A DNA stretch of 64,000 nt, from the NCBI GenBank assembly GCA_038325075.1, contig JBBQIQ010000004.1, positions 260-64,259 of the forward strand. Reading direction: 5' to 3'. Source of the stretch: Bacteroidales bacterium. GTDB taxonomy: Bacteria; Bacteroidota; Bacteroidia; Bacteroidales; Lentimicrobiaceae. A program made the position numbers and the translations under genes. Below, in pieces: positions 58,711 to 64,000 of this stretch (the stretch's first letter is position 1; each line of letters begins with the position of its first letter). The notes below the pieces were generated by a model. The model saw only the letters and a list, made by a program, of their open reading frames with translations, was not told the DNA's origin and ran no database searches.

Positions 58711-59730
58711 ATGCCGGTATTAAAGAATAATTTCTGGAATGATCTCCGGCCCGGGATGTTTGCCCTGGCGCCTATGGAGGATGTCACCGATACGGTGTTC
58801 CGCGAATTGGTGATGTCGGTTTCTGCGCCTGGTAAACTACATCTCTTATTCACTGAGTTTACATCCGTCGATGGGTTGTGCCATCCTATCGGACGGGAGG
58901 CTGTGTTGCACAGATTTCGTGTGAACGAATCGGAGCGGGTTCTTCTCAATAAACTAAATATTAAATTAATAGCTCAGATATGGGGAAACGACCCTGACAA
59001 ATTCTATAGAGCAGCAAGGTTTATTGCGGATGAATTTGGTTTTGATGGAATTGATATCAATTTTGGATGTCCTGTGGGTAAAGTGGTGAAGCAGAATACC
59101 TGCTCGGCACTGATCGGCCAACCCGCTCTTGCACTTGAGATCATAGATGCCACGATAAAAGGCTCAGACTTGCCGGTTAGTGTAAAGACCCGCACAGGCA
59201 TTAAAGTGCATCAAACGGGGGAGTGGATAGGTCATTTACTTGGGTCTGATTTATCAGCGATTACATTGCATGCCCGTACCCAGAAAATGCAGTCGCTTTA
59301 TCCGGCTGAGTGGGAGCAGGTAACCATTGCTTCGGCTTTAAAAAACGAAGTGAATCCCAATGTTAAAATTCTCGGCAACGGGGATGTTAATTCATGGGCT
59401 CAAGGGATAGAATTGCTCGGAAAAACCGGTGCAGATGGTATAATGGTGGGCCGTGGGATATTTGCCGATCCCTGGTTCTTTACAGGCGAAGACCGGGAAA
59501 GGGACGTCTTTGAAAAACTTGCCCTTCTGGGAAAGCACATCAGCTTGTTTACCAAAACATGGGGGCAAAACCGGAATTTCAGTATCCTGAAACGGTTTTT
59601 CAAGATTTATGTTAATGGTTTCACCGGCGCCGCTGCTTTCAGGGCGAAATTGATGGAAACTCAAAATGCAGATGAAGCATTTAAGGTAATAAGAGACTTC
59701 AAAAGGAACTATGCAATCACCGGAGGATAA
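58711..59730 (+). CDS. dus: tRNA-dihydrouridine synthase
   Basis: LAPMEDVTD, IDINFGCP, SVKTR, TLHART, GNGDV, MVGRG. Confidence 0.93.
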   Translation: MPVLKNNFWNDLRPGMFALAPMEDVTDTVFRELVMSVSAPGKLHLLFTEFTSVDGLCHPIGREAVLHRFRVNESERVLLNKLNIKLIAQIWGNDPDKFYRAARFIADEFGFDGIDINFGCPVGKVVKQNTCSALIGQPALALEIIDATIKGSDLPVSVKTRTGIKVHQTGEWIGHLLGSDLSAITLHARTQKMQSLYPAEWEQVTIASALKNEVNPNVKILGNGDVNSWAQGIELLGKTGADGIMVGRGIFADPWFFTGEDRERDVFEKLALLGKHISLFTKTWGQNRNFSILKRFFKIYVNGFTGAAAFRAKLMETQNADEAFKVIRDFKRNYAITGG

Positions 59731-59768
59731 TTCATCTCCTGAAAAAGCCGTACAACAACTTCAATATA

Positions 59769-60037
59769 AACCCTGTCTGGCTGGCTAAACAGATCATTCT
59801 TTAGAAACTGAATTGTCAACCAGGCAGGCTCAACCTTAGCCTTAACCTAAGCCTTAACCTCAACCTTAACCTTAACCTAAATCTCAACCTCAACCCTGTC
59901 TGACTGGCTAAACAGATCATTCTTTAGAAACTGAATTGTCAGCCCGGCAGGCTCAACCTTAGCCTTAACCTCAACCTCAACCTTAACCTTAGCCTTAGCC
60001 TTAGCCTTAACCTCAACCTTAACCTTAACCTCAACCT
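59769..60037. repeat. Two tandem units (123-bp period): a 57-bp CCTG...CAGG stem-loop followed by an AACCTT/AGCCTT/AACCTC hexamer array
   Basis: Units start at 59769 and 59892; identical 29-nt loop, arms differ. Confidence 0.92.
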
Positions 60038-62458
60038 CTATTCATACTTAATTGCATTCACCGGATTAGATGTGGCTGCCTTTATGGCATGGAAGCTCAC
60101 AGAAACAATGGCCACAGCCAGCGAAGCCAGGCCTGATAAAAGATAGGTAACCCAGGTTATTTCAGTGTGGTAAGCGAAATTGCCAAGCCAATCGTTCAAA
60201 AAATAGTGCGCAACCGGGATGGCTATTGCACAGGCGATCAACACCAGTATAACCGACTCCCGGTAAAGCATGCGCAGGATGGCTTCGACCGAAGAGCCCA
60301 GCACCTTGCGGATACCTATTTCTTTTGTTCTTTGCGCTGCTATAAAAGATGACAGACCAAGCAAACCCAGCAGGGCAATGAAGATTGACAATCCGGCAAA
60401 GGTAGCAAACACGGTTCCGAGTTTCGACTCTGACTGGTACTTACTTTCATAGTCCTTGTCGAGGAAGTAATAATCAAAAGGCCTGTTGGCCCCGGATTGA
60501 GTCCATTTTTCGCTTATGTAATCAATGGTTGCCTGACTATGGCCCGACTTAAGCCTGATGGTGAGGATATCGGAAGGAAAATTGGGGATAAACATAACCA
60601 GGGGTTCAACTTTATTGTGTAATGAGGTGAAGTTAAAGTCTTTAACTACGCCAATTACTTTCATCATGCGACCCCCGGTTCCGTCAAGCTCAAAACCATA
60701 GTGAATTTTTTTACCAAGCGGATTTTTATCCCAACCCATCGCTTTAACCGTGGATTCATTTATAATAACTGCTTCAAGTTCGTCGGTTCCCATTTCCCGG
60801 CTAAATGTTCTTCCGGCAACAAATTCAAGTTTCATTAAATCAGGAAAGTCATAATCGCATGGAATCAGATTCAACGCGTATTCCTGCATTTTACTTTCTT
60901 TTTCTACACGCATAACCTGAATGCTGTTTCTGCCACCCGGTACACCATTCGACATGCTTGCGTTCAGGATCGAAGGGTTCTCCAGCAATTCTTCCTTAAA
61001 CTTGTCAATCTTTTTCCTGAAGGTGGTATCCTGTATTTCAACGACCATTACATTGTTTTTGTCAAAACCAAGGTCAGCGGAACGCATAAAATTCAACTGA
61101 TTGTAGATCACGATGGTGCCGGTAATCATCACAACTGAGATGATTAACTGAAAAGTGACCAATCCTTTTCGCATCCAACTGCTTTTGGTTCCGGTTTGCA
61201 ATTTGCCCTTGAGTACCATCGCCGGCTGGAAAGAAGACAAAACAATGGCCGGGTAAATACCTGACAGGAAGCCGGTCAGCAACGTAATGCCGGTAATACC
61301 TAAAAGAATGCCAGGGTTGGCAAACAGACTGAAAATCAGTTTTTTACCTGACAAATCGTTGAAAGCCGGAAGAAGCAACTGAATCAATGCAAATGAAATA
61401 ATTAATGCTGCGATGGAAAGCAGAATACTTTCGCTGAGGAACTGAAAGGCCAGTTGGCTGCGGTTGGCGCCGACCACCTTTCGGAGCCCGACTTCCCTGG
61501 CCCTGCTGGCAGCGCGGGCAGTTGCCAGATTCATGTAATTGATGGAGGCCAGCAAAAGGATAAAAATAGCCACGGCGGCAAAAACATAAATATAGGCCAT
61601 ATTTCCGACCGGCAGGTCGGCAGCCAGTTTCGAAGTGTGATGTATTTTATCCAACCTGGTCGTATTCAGATCAAAGGAAGCATTAATCTGATCGCCAATA
61701 TCTTTCATGTACTTTTTGTAAACGGCCGGGAATTTATTTTCTATGGTTTCTACTGTGCTGTTTGGTTTTAGCATGATATAACTATACATGCTCACATTCC
61801 AGAATCTCTCTGGATCAAGGCTGTTGAAGCGGTCGCGCCCGAAAAGCCTGGCCAGGGTGTTCATCGACATCAGCATGTCGAATTTCAGGTGGGTGTTATC
61901 AGGCAAATCAGCGAAAACGCCCGTTACTTTAAATGAATTTCCATTACCACTGATCAGCGTTTTTCCGTACGCTGTTTCATTGCCAAAATATTTCGCTGCT
62001 GCATTTTGACTCAGGATGATTGAAAAGGGTTCGGTAAGCGATTTTTCAGATTGGCCTTCAAGAAATTTAAGTGTAAACATTTCGGGTGCGGTCGAATCAG
62101 CAAAGTAGAGTTGTTTCTCGTAGAACTCTTTTTCATTGTATTTAAGTACAACATTATCATTTGATGCAAAACGGCAGAATTTGTCAATTTCAGGAAATTC
62201 GATTTTAAGCGCAGGTGCAATGGCAGAGGAACTCACTGCAAACCTGTCATGCTTATTGTTGATGGTGAAATCGCCTTCAAGCCGGTATATCCGCTCGTGA
62301 TTACCAAAATGTTTGTCAAAACCGAGTTCATCGTTCAGATAGAGCAAAATGAAGAAAGTAGCTGTGAGACCCAGCGACAAACCAAGAATATTAATGATGG
62401 AATAAAATTTATTCCTGCTGAAATTTCGTGATGCACTTCTGATGTAGTTGCTGATCAT
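60038..62458 (-). CDS. ABC transporter permease (duplicated MacB/FtsX-type)
   Basis: INILGLSLG, REVGLRKVVGA, KEIGIRKVLG, SNPVNAIKYE. Confidence 0.92.
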   Translation of the reverse strand: MISNYIRSASRNFSRNKFYSIINILGLSLGLTATFFILLYLNDELGFDKHFGNHERIYRLEGDFTINNKHDRFAVSSSAIAPALKIEFPEIDKFCRFASNDNVVLKYNEKEFYEKQLYFADSTAPEMFTLKFLEGQSEKSLTEPFSIILSQNAAAKYFGNETAYGKTLISGNGNSFKVTGVFADLPDNTHLKFDMLMSMNTLARLFGRDRFNSLDPERFWNVSMYSYIMLKPNSTVETIENKFPAVYKKYMKDIGDQINASFDLNTTRLDKIHHTSKLAADLPVGNMAYIYVFAAVAIFILLLASINYMNLATARAASRAREVGLRKVVGANRSQLAFQFLSESILLSIAALIISFALIQLLLPAFNDLSGKKLIFSLFANPGILLGITGITLLTGFLSGIYPAIVLSSFQPAMVLKGKLQTGTKSSWMRKGLVTFQLIISVVMITGTIVIYNQLNFMRSADLGFDKNNVMVVEIQDTTFRKKIDKFKEELLENPSILNASMSNGVPGGRNSIQVMRVEKESKMQEYALNLIPCDYDFPDLMKLEFVAGRTFSREMGTDELEAVIINESTVKAMGWDKNPLGKKIHYGFELDGTGGRMMKVIGVVKDFNFTSLHNKVEPLVMFIPNFPSDILTIRLKSGHSQATIDYISEKWTQSGANRPFDYYFLDKDYESKYQSESKLGTVFATFAGLSIFIALLGLLGLSSFIAAQRTKEIGIRKVLGSSVEAILRMLYRESVILVLIACAIAIPVAHYFLNDWLGNFAYHTEITWVTYLLSGLASLAVAIVSVSFHAIKAATSNPVNAIKYE

Positions 62459-62546
62459 AGGGCAGTCCTTTTAATCGTTTAACTATGAATCCGGACTTGT
62501 CGCAAAAGACAATACCTGATTTCAATATTATATGATTACCAGGTTT

Positions 62547-62661
62547 TCACGAATCATGCCAAATATTTAATGCCCACACTATAAACACTTTATGTATAAG
62601 AGAATTGAGCCTGCCCGTATTTTTGTACGCATTTGATTGGCCAGGTGTACATAACTGGACA
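62547..62661 (-). promoter_or_regulatory. Possible sigma54 promoter plus enhancer palindrome for the distal permease
   Basis: TTGGCATGATTCGTGA on - (62547-62562; GG-N10-GA); TGTACA-TAAC-TGGACA at 62646-62661. Confidence 0.45.
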
Positions 62662-62737
62662 GCCCTGACTGTAATTGTGTCACATTTATGTGAACAGCAC
62701 GATTTTTGAGACATGAGTTCTTTTTGAAATATCCATC

Positions 62738-64000
62738 ATGACATTATCCGAAATTCAAGAGTGGTATAATAAACTCTACAAACTGCTTGAACAAAGCCGT
62801 TTGCTTGATGCATTCGATAAAATTGCCTCTGTTCTTCCGCAAAACAGCTATAGTGTTTATTCAACCCAGCTCGATGAACTGCGTTTTACCTACAGCAATA
62901 TGCTGAATTATACGATGAAAGGGATAGACGATCCGCAAAGAGATGAAATCTACCATAAACTAATCCTGAAAACATACGATTTGTCTGACAATCTGAAGCT
63001 CGACCTTATGAACCTCCCCGGGTTCAGGCTGGCTTCTATGAAAAATGAACTGGAAAAGCAATTGCATCAGAGTAGAGAAGACCTGGCCGAGAGTCTGCTG
63101 AGTTTGTCATTTGACCATGAGCTGAATGAAATGCTGCGTGGAAGCGCTTTATATGAAGATGAATCTGAAAGTGAATCTGCCAGAAAACACCGCCAGACAA
63201 TTCAGCGGGTTTTCAGTTTCCTGTGGCTGAACAATCAGATATCGGAGGACGATACCAGAGTGGTAGAACAGATTTTCAGGAGCAGTTCGATTCCGTGGTA
63301 TGAGAAAGCATTGCTGGTTAGCGCCATAACGCTGGGCCTTGTCAGAACGTTTGATATTCGCAGGATAGAGATTCTGATAAAACTATATTCAAACAGCAAT
63401 CCGCAGATTTCGCAGAGGGCTTTGGTTGGAATTCTGATCGCATTTAGCCTCTACGACAAACGTATTGGCCTTTCTTCGCATCTTGACGGTATTGTTAAGC
63501 TACTGATGGATGATGAATCATTTGAGGCGGATTCATTTTCGGTGATTACACAGATCATCAGATCGAAGGATACCGATAAAATAGCCCGGAAATTCAGGGA
63601 AGACATCGTCCCGGATATTCTCAGGTTTAATGAAGGCCTGAGTAGAAAGTTAAACCTCGAAAACCTGCTGGAGTCGGGCGATGAACTTGACAAAAACCCC
63701 GAGTGGGAAAAATACTTCGACAATCAGCCTGATCTGGTGAGAAAGCTGGAGGATTTGACCAATATGCAGATGGAAGGTGCCGATGTATTCCTGGGTGCTT
63801 TTTCGATGCTCAAGAACTTTGCCTTTTTCAACGAGGTTCACCACTGGTTTATGCCGTTTTATAAAGAGCATTTTGCCGTTGCTGCCGCACTGCGGAATGA
63901 GAATGAGAGCTTTCGCAATGTTTTGCTTAAAGGGGTTGAAAAATCGCCATACATGTGCAATTCCGATAAGTTCTCGTTTATTTTGAATCTCAGTCAGATG
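62738..64000 (+). CDS. Conserved Bacteroidales helical (probably TPR-containing) protein, 3'-truncated by the window edge
   Basis: Open frame from ATG 62738 (MTLSEIQEWYNKL...GIDDPQR...) to the end of the window; absent from the ORF track because there is no stop. Confidence 0.75.
   Translation, partial: MTLSEIQEWYNKLYKLLEQSRLLDAFDKIASVLPQNSYSVYSTQLDELRFTYSNMLNYTMKGIDDPQRDEIYHKLILKTYDLSDNLKLDLMNLPGFRLASMKNELEKQLHQSREDLAESLLSLSFDHELNEMLRGSALYEDESESESARKHRQTIQRVFSFLWLNNQISEDDTRVVEQIFRSSSIPWYEKALLVSAITLGLVRTFDIRRIEILIKLYSNSNPQISQRALVGILIAFSLYDKRIGLSSHLDGIVKLLMDDESFEADSFSVITQIIRSKDTDKIARKFREDIVPDILRFNEGLSRKLNLENLLESGDELDKNPEWEKYFDNQPDLVRKLEDLTNMQMEGADVFLGAFSMLKNFAFFNEVHHWFMPFYKEHFAVAAALRNENESFRNVLLKGVEKSPYMCNSDKFSFILNLSQM

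Noticed and set aside
250-63986. Numerous antisense or nested ORFs within long genes (for example 2941-3345, 7013-7642, 14912-15523, 63451-63986)
   Set aside because: Shadow frames of well-supported genes with no domain signal; the real gene at the right edge is the + strand ORF from 62738.

Overview
This is a 64-kb chromosomal window from a Bacteroidota genome, probably an anaerobic Bacteroidales. The evidence is SusC/SusD, T9SS C-terminal domains and TAnnTTTG promoters. Most of it is ordinary housekeeping and nutrient-uptake DNA: GH92, Sqr, polA, PIN-PhoH, a sigma54 two-component system with MacAB-like ABC exporters, speA/speB-like/DHS-like polyamine genes, a GH144 SusCD locus, pfkA and dus. 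I saw no integrase, transposase, reverse transcriptase, CRISPR array, rRNA or tRNA. The unusual signal is intergenic. Several 6-8-nt tandem-repeat arrays carry short palindromic micro-elements. At 4.2-4.65 kb these are nested 3-deep, 2-deep and 1-deep: a 25-bp unit (24-bp variant in the 1-deep copy) sits at the same position in each host, and each insertion rebuilds that site at its own centre. Other notable items: three tandem tail-less ssb paralogs behind a 10-bp-phased repeat promoter; a deleted surface-protein gene retaining a DGR-variable-region-like FISUMP tail; an intact agmatinase homolog lacking three conserved acidic active-site residues; and a repeat-bracketed vapBC module whose toxin has a nonsense codon. 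Product calls come from motif recognition only; no database searches were run.
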